From a virus: DNA of 64,000 bases. The notes below the pieces were generated by a model. The model searched no databases and was not told where the DNA came from. It worked only from the letters and a program-made list of their open reading frames with translations. Below are positions 56,508 to 64,000 of this stretch, piece after piece (the first letter of the stretch is position 1; every line of letters begins with the position of its first letter). The DNA lies in IMG/VR virus record IMGVR_UViG_3300021961_008712, positions 64,001 to 128,000 of that record. The stretch is one strand, 5' to 3'. Both the position numbers and the translations under genes were made by a program.

Positions 56508-57017
56508 TAGAAATCGACCCCAGAGCGCTTTCTTATGTTTAACCCGACGATCTTAGGACGTCACAAATTTTAAATGATATGAGTACATTATTTTATGAAC
56601 GTAATCCGTTCGACATTTTAGTTAGGAATTTTTTCCAAGAAGCCGGGGCTTACAGACCTCTGGCAGAATCCAAATTACCCCACCCAGTAGATATTTACGA
56701 GAGAGACAACGGTCTAGGACTAGATATAGCTTGTACAGGGATCTCAAAAGAAGATATCGAAATTCTAATTGAGGGTAATATAATCAGAGTAAATTACGAT
56801 AAACCGAAAGACGAAGATCAAGGCGAATTTATACATAAAGGTATCGCTAAAAGATCTTTTAATTTAGGTTGGAAGATTGATAGTAGGTTTGACTTAAATA
56901 AAGCAACAGCTGAGTTTAAGAATGGCTTACTTCAAATTATTATTCCTTTTGCTAAAGGATCAGAGCCAAAAACTTTGAAAATTAGCTAAATTTTATTGCT
57001 CTGGGGTTTGATTTCTA
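56508..57017. repeat. 19/20-nt imperfect inverted repeat bracketing hsp20
   Basis: TAGAAATCGACCCCAGAGC (56508-56526) pairs with GCTCTGGGGTTTGATTTCTA (56998-57017). Confidence 0.8.
56579..56989 (+). CDS. Small heat-shock protein (Hsp20/alpha-crystallin)
   Basis: PVDIYE, G.SKEDI, HKGIAKRSF, AEFKNGLLQI.IP. Confidence 0.92.
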   Translation: MSTLFYERNPFDILVRNFFQEAGAYRPLAESKLPHPVDIYERDNGLGLDIACTGISKEDIEILIEGNIIRVNYDKPKDEDQGEFIHKGIAKRSFNLGWKIDSRFDLNKATAEFKNGLLQIIIPFAKGSEPKTLKIS

Positions 57018-57054
57018 AATTAAAGTTCTTATATTAATATAAATAAAAAGTTTT

Positions 57055-57363
57055 ATGGATAAAAAGTTATTACCGTCAAATGACAGATTGTTAATTCGCC
57101 CTATAGATGAAGGCGAAAAAACGTACGGAAATATTGTAATTCCCGATATGGGAAAAGAAAAGCCGGAGATGGGAGAGGTCCTCGCCACAGGCAAAGGCAG
57201 ACTATCAGAGTTTGGCCATTTTATTCCAGTTAATCATAAAGTAGGTGATATTGTACTAATACCTAAAATTGGTACTCTAAGAATCGATTTTGAGGGAGAG
57301 GAATACTTTATAGCACAAGATAGAGAAATTTTAGCAGTTGTAAGAACCACAGAAGATGAATAA
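57055..57363 (+). CDS. groES: Co-chaperonin GroES
   Basis: PSNDRLLI, G.IVIPD..KEKP..GEVLATG.G, VGDIVL, EILAVV. Confidence 0.93.
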   Translation: MDKKLLPSNDRLLIRPIDEGEKTYGNIVIPDMGKEKPEMGEVLATGKGRLSEFGHFIPVNHKVGDIVLIPKIGTLRIDFEGEEYFIAQDREILAVVRTTEDE

Positions 57364-59011
57364 AGAATTAGTTTTTAATCACGAAGCAAGACAGCAACTC
57401 TCACAAGGAGTAGAAAAATTAGCAAAGACTGTCGTTTGCACACTTGGACCTGCCGGTAGAAATGTAATTATTGAGCAGGAAGCAGGTAACCCTACTTCTA
57501 CTAAAGACGGTGTTACTGTAGCTAAATCTATTAACTTAAAACATCCAGTAGAAGATATCGGAGCTCAGTTAGTAAAGCAGGCATCTATTAAGACAGGTGA
57601 TCAAGCTGGAGACGGTACTACTACCTCTACCTTACTAGCAAGAGAAATTTTTCAAAAAGGTTTAGGTACCATTGGAAATAATAATGCAGTAGAAGTAAAA
57701 AAAGGAATTGAATTTGCTACTAAAACAGCAGTAGAATATTTACAAAAGACATCTAAAGATATAACGGACGAAGAGCAGCTAAAACAAGTCGCTACTATTT
57801 CAGCTAATAACGATAATGAAGTTGGTGAGTTAATTTCCGCTGCCATGGATAAAGTAGGGCAAGATGGAGTCGTTACTATTGAGGAATCAAAAACAGGAGA
57901 GACCTACCTTGAAACGGTAGAAGGAATGCAATTTAGCAGAGGTTATAAGTCTCCTTATTTTGTTACTGACAATGGCTCTATGACAGCTGTTCTTCGTGAT
58001 CCGTTAATCTTAATTACAGATAAAAGATTAAACGCAGTAAAAGAATTACTTCCTATCCTAGAAGCAGTCTCTCAACAGAACAAGTCACTATTAGTTATTG
58101 CAGATGATATTGATGGAGAGGCATTATCTACTATGGTAGTTAATAAGATGAGAGGTATTTTACCTGTAGTAGCAGTAAAAGCTCCTGACTTTGGAGATAG
58201 AAAAAAAGCTTCTTTAGAAGATATTGCAATCTTGACCGGAGGAACAGTAGTATCGGATCAAAAAGGTATGAGACTAGATAAGTTTCAACCCGAATGGTTA
58301 GGTAAAGCCGGTAAGGTTACTGTAACTAAAGATAAGACTACTATTATTGATGCTAAAGGAAAAGATGTTGATATTGAAGAAAGAATTATTGATATCAAAA
58401 ATCAAATCGATGATTCTAATTCCCCTTTTGAAAAAGAAAATTTACAAGATAGATTAGGCAAGCTTGTAGGTGGTGTGGCCGTAGTACATGTCGGTGGTTA
58501 TACAGAAGTAGAGTTAAAAGAGAAAAAAGATAGAGTAGATGATGCTCTCCACGCCACCAGAGCTGCTTTAGAAGAAGGTATTCTTCCTGGAGGAGGAGTA
58601 GCGTTACTAAATGCAAGTACCTACCTACTTAATTTAAAAAAGAAAGGTGAATTCAAAACAAAGACAGCTAGTGAGCAAGTAGGTATTCAAATACTTACAG
58701 AGGCTATTCAAGCTCCCTTTACTCAGATTTTGTACAATGCCGGTAAACAGAGAGAAGAAGTAGAAGATATTCAGAAACTAATTAACTCTAAAACAAAAGA
58801 TGATTGGTACGGTTATAATTCGAGAAAAGAAGAGTATGCTGATATGTTTAAAGAAGGTATTATAGACCCAACTAAGGTTACGCGTCTAGCTTTGGAGAAT
58901 GCAGTTTCTGTTGCTGGTACAATGTTAATTACTGAAGCAGTAGTATCAGTTGAGAGAGATGAAGAAAATACTAAGAAACAACCAGACGCACAACAAATGC
59001 TATTAGGATAA
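57356..59011 (+). CDS. groEL: Chaperonin GroEL
   Basis: TLGPAGRNV, TKDGVTVAK, GDGTTT, GILPGGG, GIIDPTKV. Confidence 0.97.
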   Translation: MNKELVFNHEARQQLSQGVEKLAKTVVCTLGPAGRNVIIEQEAGNPTSTKDGVTVAKSINLKHPVEDIGAQLVKQASIKTGDQAGDGTTTSTLLAREIFQKGLGTIGNNNAVEVKKGIEFATKTAVEYLQKTSKDITDEEQLKQVATISANNDNEVGELISAAMDKVGQDGVVTIEESKTGETYLETVEGMQFSRGYKSPYFVTDNGSMTAVLRDPLILITDKRLNAVKELLPILEAVSQQNKSLLVIADDIDGEALSTMVVNKMRGILPVVAVKAPDFGDRKKASLEDIAILTGGTVVSDQKGMRLDKFQPEWLGKAGKVTVTKDKTTIIDAKGKDVDIEERIIDIKNQIDDSNSPFEKENLQDRLGKLVGGVAVVHVGGYTEVELKEKKDRVDDALHATRAALEEGILPGGGVALLNASTYLLNLKKKGEFKTKTASEQVGIQILTEAIQAPFTQILYNAGKQREEVEDIQKLINSKTKDDWYGYNSRKEEYADMFKEGIIDPTKVTRLALENAVSVAGTMLITEAVVSVERDEENTKKQPDAQQMLLG

Positions 59012-59763
59012 TGAAATACAGTTTTATAGTAGATTGGCTTAAGGAGTATAGTACTTCTAATAATGATAGAAACTTTGTAGTAGGTGTATCGGGCGGTATT
59101 GACTCCGCCCTTACTTCTACCCTCTGCGCTGAAACCGGTATTACAACTTATGTTGTTTCAATGCCAATTAAACAAGGACATAGAGAAGTTCAACTAGCGG
59201 AGGACCATATTGAATGGTTAGTAAACAAATATCCAAATGTTATTCCGTTAAAATACGAATTAGACAAAGTGTATGAGCAATTTACATCTCTATTCGAAAA
59301 CGTAAATGATTTAGCAAACGCTAATTCTAGATCAAGAATTCGAATGACCACACTTTACCATATTGCTCAAGTTACCCATTCACTAGTAGTAGGAACTGGT
59401 AATAAAGTAGAAGACTTTGGAATTGGATTTTTTACCAAATATGGCGATGGCGGCGTAGATATCTCACCCATAGCTGATCTAATGAAATCAGAAGTTAAAG
59501 AAGCAGCTTGTGAGTATCAATTACTATTAGATATTATAGATGCTAAGCCTACTGATGGTTTATGGGATGATAGCCGAACCGATGAAGATCAAATTGGTGC
59601 TACTTATGATGAATTAGAATGGGCTATGACATTTGGAGGTAAAAAAACAGGACTAAAAAAAAGACAAAAAGAAGTACTTAATATCTTCTACGGACTCCAG
59701 ATTCAAAATAAACATAAAATGAATCCTATTCCTATCTGTCTAAAACCACAAGATGTTAAGTAA
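59011..59763 (+). CDS. nadE: NH3-dependent NAD+ synthetase
   Basis: GVSGGIDS, N.RSRIRM, GTGNKVE, FFTKYGDG, PTDGLW..RTDE. Confidence 0.92.
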   Translation: MKYSFIVDWLKEYSTSNNDRNFVVGVSGGIDSALTSTLCAETGITTYVVSMPIKQGHREVQLAEDHIEWLVNKYPNVIPLKYELDKVYEQFTSLFENVNDLANANSRSRIRMTTLYHIAQVTHSLVVGTGNKVEDFGIGFFTKYGDGGVDISPIADLMKSEVKEAACEYQLLLDIIDAKPTDGLWDDSRTDEDQIGATYDELEWAMTFGGKKTGLKKRQKEVLNIFYGLQIQNKHKMNPIPICLKPQDVK

Positions 59764-60244
59764 GAGAGAATTAATACTTATTCTTTTTGTTGCAGTAGCA
59801 GTCTTAGTTAGACTACTACCCCATCCGCCTAATTTTACACCCGTTACTGCACTTGCTATTTTTGGTGCAACAACGTTTAATAATAAAGCTTTAGGAACTA
59901 TATTACCATTAATAGCATTAGGTATATCCGATATATTTCTAGGGTTTAGTACAATTACATTTTGGGTCTACGGATCTTTTATTCTTATTAGTTTGCTATC
60001 TATATACTGGAAAGAGGTTAAATTACAATATGTTTTACTAAGTTCCTCAGTATTTTTTATAGTAACAAATTTTGGAGTATGGATTTTAGGTTACCCTAAA
60101 TCATTAGAAGGATTGGTCTTATGTTATACATTAGCAATACCATTTTTTCTAAATTCGGTACTAGGAGATTTATTTTTCACCTACGTACTTAAATACAGTT
60201 TCAAAACAGTAGAATCTAAATTAAAATTAAAATTATGTCATTAA
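59753..60244 (+). CDS. Multi-pass membrane protein (DUF6580 / ECF S-component-like)
   Basis: RLLPHPPNFTP, FFIVTNFGVW, CY..AIPFF.NS..GD; hydrophobic throughout. Confidence 0.7.
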   Translation: MLSKRELILILFVAVAVLVRLLPHPPNFTPVTALAIFGATTFNNKALGTILPLIALGISDIFLGFSTITFWVYGSFILISLLSIYWKEVKLQYVLLSSSVFFIVTNFGVWILGYPKSLEGLVLCYTLAIPFFLNSVLGDLFFTYVLKYSFKTVESKLKLKLCH

Positions 60245-60408
60245 AACAAGAATTATTTGAACAAATTGCAACACAGTTTGCAATCCTAGAGGAAAACAAC
60301 AACGGTAGTACTAAAGCTTCTCAAGCAAGAGCTAGAAAAGCAGCAGGCGAACTTAAAAAATTAATTACTCCTTACAAAAAAGCCAATATGGACGAAGCCA
60401 AAGGCTAA
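60235..60408 (+). CDS. Small basic helical protein (Hc1/histone-like), 57 aa, not in the ORF track
   Basis: MSLKQELFEQI...TKASQARARKAAGELKKLITPYKKA...*. Confidence 0.65.
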   Translation: MSLKQELFEQIATQFAILEENNNGSTKASQARARKAAGELKKLITPYKKANMDEAKG

Positions 60409-60410
60409 GA

Positions 60411-61373
60411 ATGAAAACCGTATTATTACATAAGATGTGTGCCGGCCTTGGAGAAGTTTTCCATAGTTGGTACACTCTTATTAATATAGCAAGAGTCCAA
60501 AAGCAAAAAGGACACCATATTGAATTAATTATAGATTACTCACACCAGCTTGATAGATACTTTCCTCCCGGAACGTTAGATCTATTCTTTGATCTTGATA
60601 AACTTCAGAGAGATTACTTTGATGAAATTATAATTTCCGAAACACCAGTTGAGTTAGATAACCCTACTATGAATTGGGGGAATAATTGGATGTTAAAAAC
60701 AGAAGATGAAACAGGTCTATCAGAATTTTATTTACTTAGTGCTGAAGCTTTAGTTAGAGAAGGTAGACGTACAGCTGTATTTCCTGAAATTACTACTGAG
60801 TTTGCTAGGAACTATGTAGATAATATCATTAAGGTACATAATTTAGAAATTAACCAAGCTCACCATATTAGATTAATAGACGGATATGAAAGAGAACAAG
60901 AAGTTTCTAAAATCGTAGACTTAGTTCTTCCTAACCTAGAAGATAACGACATAGTATTAAGTAATAGCTCTATAGTTAAAAAAGCTGTTAAAGAAAGAAG
61001 CGATAAAAAATTACTCTCTATACACAACCCTGTAGAAGGAATACTCAGTAATCATTTTACAATACTCCCTAGAGAAGTGCCTAAAGACCTTCAATTTGTT
61101 AAAACTCTTTATACCTACTTGGATATGATAGTTCTTACAAAAGGAAAACATTTTCATAAGTATACAATTTATGATGACAATTTCTGGTCTTCATTCTTAT
61201 TTTATACAGCATTAAAACAACCTAACTATACAGAACACCAAATCTCTAAGGATCTCATACAAGGTACTTGGATTAATAGTCATCTTGCAGATAGTAGTTA
61301 TTTAGGTGCTTTAGAGAAAGAGCTGCAGGGGCGCTTTTCTCTCTCTCGACGAAGTCGCCACGCGCGAATTTAA
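60411..61373 (+). CDS. Putative GT-B glycosyltransferase (O-fucosyltransferase/NodZ-like)
   Basis: N-terminal AGLGE, HIRLID, DMIVLT...SSF pattern. Confidence 0.4.
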   Translation: MKTVLLHKMCAGLGEVFHSWYTLINIARVQKQKGHHIELIIDYSHQLDRYFPPGTLDLFFDLDKLQRDYFDEIIISETPVELDNPTMNWGNNWMLKTEDETGLSEFYLLSAEALVREGRRTAVFPEITTEFARNYVDNIIKVHNLEINQAHHIRLIDGYEREQEVSKIVDLVLPNLEDNDIVLSNSSIVKKAVKERSDKKLLSIHNPVEGILSNHFTILPREVPKDLQFVKTLYTYLDMIVLTKGKHFHKYTIYDDNFWSSFLFYTALKQPNYTEHQISKDLIQGTWINSHLADSSYLGALEKELQGRFSLSRRSRHARI

Positions 61374-61381
61374 TAAAAGTT

Positions 61382-61963
61382 ATGAATAGATTACTTACTT
61401 TTGGATGTAGTTTAACAGAGGGTATTGGACTTGCCAATAAAGACACTCAGGTATGGGGTCGATTAGTTAGTGATCAACTTAATCTTGATCACGAAAATCA
61501 AGGTGAAGGTGGTAGTAGTAACAAGTATATTGCACATAAGATTCTAAACTTTAATTTTGATCCTAGCGATACTGTCATAGTGTTATGGTCATACCTCCAT
61601 AGATATTGCGTAATTCAAGATGATTTAACAACAGTTGATTTTCTACCAGTAAATAAAGATGCTCGGTCAAAGAGGTTTTACAGAGAGTACTTCAGTGAAT
61701 ATGATTCGACCTTTATGAATATGGTATTCATCAACTACACATACAATTACTTGAATAGCAAGAACATTAACTTTTACTTTGGATTTACCACTACACCATT
61801 AATTAGTCTAGTAGAAAATAGTAAGAGAGTCTTCCCGTTTGTTTACGATGCATATTACAACAAGTACCCAAAAGGACTTGATAACTTACACATGGGGGAA
61901 GAAGGCAATAAAGCATTCGCCAATAAAGTCACAACTTACCTCTTACCAAAACAAATTATTTAA
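61382..61963 (+). CDS. SGNH-like protein
   Basis: TFGCSLTEGIG, N.GEGGSSN, VLWSYLHR, DNLHMGEEGN. Confidence 0.6.
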   Translation: MNRLLTFGCSLTEGIGLANKDTQVWGRLVSDQLNLDHENQGEGGSSNKYIAHKILNFNFDPSDTVIVLWSYLHRYCVIQDDLTTVDFLPVNKDARSKRFYREYFSEYDSTFMNMVFINYTYNYLNSKNINFYFGFTTTPLISLVENSKRVFPFVYDAYYNKYPKGLDNLHMGEEGNKAFANKVTTYLLPKQII

Positions 61964-61968
61964 AATAG

Positions 61969-61998
61969 TTGTTTATGAACAGAATATTTCGTATATTG
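61969..61998 (+). promoter_or_regulatory. Promoter TTG-N20-TATATTG
   Basis: Conserved motif and spacing. Confidence 0.6.
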
Positions 61999-62065
61999 AA
62001 ATAATAAATGGATAACCTCAAAAAAATCAAGTTCATATTTTTCGAAGAAAGTTGGAATCACGACA

Positions 62066-62254
62066 ATGGGAAAGAGCAAGAAGAACAAGCGAGACCTAAT
62101 CGGAGACGAGAAGTACACAATGGGGGAGCTAAGCCAATTAGCCCGCCGCAAGATGATGCAAAAGAATCACGGAGATGATTCAAAATATAACCGTAAACAA
62201 ACTAAACGTAATGTTTGGAAAACCTACGACGACGAGGAGGACGATGACTATTAG
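62066..62254 (+). CDS. Small basic protein with an acidic tail
   Basis: 62 aa; KNHGDDSKYNRK; follows a promoter. Confidence 0.55.
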   Translation: MGKSKKNKRDLIGDEKYTMGELSQLARRKMMQKNHGDDSKYNRKQTKRNVWKTYDDEEDDDY

Positions 62255-62337
62255 ATGAAAGCTTTTGAGAGAGATACAAGGTTAGTACATGCACATAACC
62301 CTACAGGAATATTAGTTAAACTTTTAACAAAACAATT

Positions 62338-62538
62338 ATGTCAGACACAGTCAAAAAATGGCACGAAATGCAGGAGGACTTACAAGAAAATGCTAGTGCG
62401 TTTGCGTACCAATTGCAGAAGAGCCAACCTACTAAAGAGGAAGTAGTTAGAAAAAAAGCGTTTACCCTTCTTTGTAACTACGATGAAGAGGTAATAAGAC
62501 TTGCCGTTAAAATTCTAGACGGTATAGGAGCAGAGTAA
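62338..62538 (+). CDS. Small hypothetical protein
   Basis: MSDTVKKWHEMQE...; A-rich leader; abuts the next gene. Confidence 0.55.
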   Translation: MSDTVKKWHEMQEDLQENASAFAYQLQKSQPTKEEVVRKKAFTLLCNYDEEVIRLAVKILDGIGAE

Positions 62539-62539
62539 T

Positions 62540-63061
62540 ATGAATAAAGAGGAAGTCGTACAATTAAGACTACTTGCGGAAGAGCATAGGAGGCTTCCTA
62601 GGAAGGACCACTACGATATGAAGTGGGTGACCGAAGAAAACTTTCCGGAATATCGCGAGGATCTTGAGACAGTCATACAACTGTTACACGCACAATTAGA
62701 CTGGGATGGAATCCCGGACTGGGAAGATTTAACGCAAAGGTTTGCCGCAAAGTCATTCTGTCTTCTTTTCTACTATAATAATAAATGTATAGGATGGAAT
62801 TGGATTAATGAAAGCCTAACATATGATTGGAAGACTACCGTTCAACCTTTAGAAGAAGGAGCATTTTACGGCGGTGGTTTCTTTGTATCAAATCTTGTAG
62901 ACAGACCTGCTGATGCTGGACTAAGTAACTATAATATGGTCTTTGCAGAATTATTTGACGCAGGGTACAAAGTAGCTTACGGATACTGTGATGCTTGGAA
63001 CCGTGTTGCATTAAAAGTAAATTATGCAAACGGAGTCAAAAAATTTGACTTTATAAAATAG
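62540..63061 (+). CDS. GNAT-fold acetyltransferase-like protein
   Basis: CIGWNW, GFFVS, GYCDAWNRVALK...G pattern. Confidence 0.45.
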   Translation: MNKEEVVQLRLLAEEHRRLPRKDHYDMKWVTEENFPEYREDLETVIQLLHAQLDWDGIPDWEDLTQRFAAKSFCLLFYYNNKCIGWNWINESLTYDWKTTVQPLEEGAFYGGGFFVSNLVDRPADAGLSNYNMVFAELFDAGYKVAYGYCDAWNRVALKVNYANGVKKFDFIK

Positions 63062-63712
63062 ATGATATACTGTACATTGATCTACGGAAAACAATGGCAT
63101 GAAAAATTTGCGTCAAATATAGTTAGAGAGGCACAAACTCACGATATTTATATTTTGACAGACCATCCAGAATATTTTTCCGAATGTTCAAATGTCACAG
63201 AATACACAAGACCTGTTTTTAGTTATTATGAGAAGTTAAACTGGGTTTTAGCTTTAACTAAACAACTAAAACAGAGAGTTACATACGTAGATGCTAATTG
63301 GATTTTCAACTTAACAGATTCTATTAATATAGAGGAAGACCTAATTTATACACATAGATTCTCAGAGATATCTAGACTCAGGATTACACCTAAAGATAGA
63401 GATAAATTAAGAGACCTTTTTGTAGAAGCAGAGTATCCTTGGCAAGATAATGAGTATATATCAGAAAAGGTAATATCTATTCCTTATCTTCCTAAATTAA
63501 TAGACAAAATAATTGAGGATATAAAATATCTTCAACCTTCTTTTGAAAATGTCTTTGATGACAAATCAAACGTTGGTAAAAAAATTAAAAGATATACTGA
63601 ATTCGGTATTGGGTTTTTGGAAGGAGCAGCATTAACTGCGGTTGCAAATCGATACAATATAAAGTACAATTGCAAAAAAAATTTAATTAGAAGAAAGGAC
63701 CTACTAATGTAG
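63062..63712 (+). CDS. Putative GT-A glycosyltransferase-like protein
   Basis: IYILTDHPEYF, FSYYEKL, YVDAN. Confidence 0.4.
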   Translation: MIYCTLIYGKQWHEKFASNIVREAQTHDIYILTDHPEYFSECSNVTEYTRPVFSYYEKLNWVLALTKQLKQRVTYVDANWIFNLTDSINIEEDLIYTHRFSEISRLRITPKDRDKLRDLFVEAEYPWQDNEYISEKVISIPYLPKLIDKIIEDIKYLQPSFENVFDDKSNVGKKIKRYTEFGIGFLEGAALTAVANRYNIKYNCKKNLIRRKDLLM

Positions 63713-63770
63713 GGCCGTAAAGGATAAACGTAGATATTTATTAACATAAGACAATTTAATAAACTTAATT

Positions 63771-64000
63771 ATGAAAGGAACACTAATATCTTTCGATTTT
63801 GTAAAGGACTCAAACGGGGATTTAAAGTTCCTGGAAATGAATACTGACACAACCATTTCCCAGCCGGACTTGGATAATCACATTTCCTGGACTTCTCTAA
63901 TAGACGTTATGTCCAGTTCTAACAGCACGACATTAGATATAATTTACAAACCCGAGATTCACAACCATATTGTGGCAAGTTTAGAAGCAGCTGTTCAAGC
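63771..64000 (+). CDS. N-terminus of a protein with an ATP-grasp-like motif (partial)
   Basis: MKGTLISFDFVKDSNGDLKFLEMNTDT...; open to the window end; preceded by TATTTAT. Confidence 0.5.
   Translation, partial: MKGTLISFDFVKDSNGDLKFLEMNTDTTISQPDLDNHISWTSLIDVMSSSNSTTLDIIYKPEIHNHIVASLEAAVQ

Noticed and set aside
56508-57017. Insertion sequence/MITE carrying hsp20
   Set aside because: There is no transposase or target-site duplication, and the mismatches are G-U/bulge type, favouring RNA pairing.
56579-59763. Bacterial chromosome segment (groES-groEL-nadE) rather than phage DNA
   Set aside because: It has the same promoter motifs, strand, gene packing and composition as the flanking tail and replication modules, and no bacterial housekeeping synteny.
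62255-62446. 63-aa ORF MKAFERDTRL...
   Set aside because: It overlaps the better-supported 62338..62538 ORF by more than half its length and has no motif, so it was left uncalled.
48-63747. All minus-strand ORFs in the track (e.g. 13040..13390, 19644..20111, 20136..20642, 33393..33893, 34503..34985)
   Set aside because: They lie antisense to well-supported + strand genes, have no recognisable motifs, and look like shadow ORFs.

Overview
A 64-kb segment of a large, AT-rich contractile-tailed (myovirus-type) bacteriophage genome, with essentially all genes on the + strand. The probable host is Bacteroidota/Flavobacteriia, inferred from repeated TTG-N20-TATATT promoters and A-rich leaders without Shine-Dalgarno sequences. 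In order: (1) a glycan-modification cluster (epimerase end, several paralogous glycosyltransferase-like proteins, SGNH-like proteins, a B12-binding radical SAM enzyme, UDP-glucose dehydrogenase); (2) a tail module (sheath, tube, chaperone pair with a slippery site, tape measure, baseplate proteins); (3) replication genes (short family-A polymerase, SSB, RecA-like, 5'-3' exonuclease, DnaB, NrdB/NrdA, thioredoxin); (4) a dispersed but complete 7-deazaguanine pathway (FolE, QueD, QueE, QueC, QueF, a DpdA/TGT-fold protein and a PurN-like formyltransferase) interleaved with a purine PRTase, an NTP pyrophosphohydrolase and a P-loop kinase; (5) a second, full-length family-A polymerase; (6) chaperones (J-domain protein, Hsp20, GroES, GroEL), NadE and more accessory genes. 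One tRNA-Thr(UGU) is present. The most notable non-coding signals are two near-identical preQ1-I-riboswitch-like leaders in front of the queD/queE operon and folE, and a pseudoknot-like leader before queC, suggesting ligand-sensing feedback control of a phage DNA-modification pathway. Other candidates are an inverted repeat bracketing hsp20, a structured RNA before the tRNA, and a shared basic/aliphatic C-terminal tail on many accessory enzymes. All calls come from motif recognition by eye; no database searches were run.
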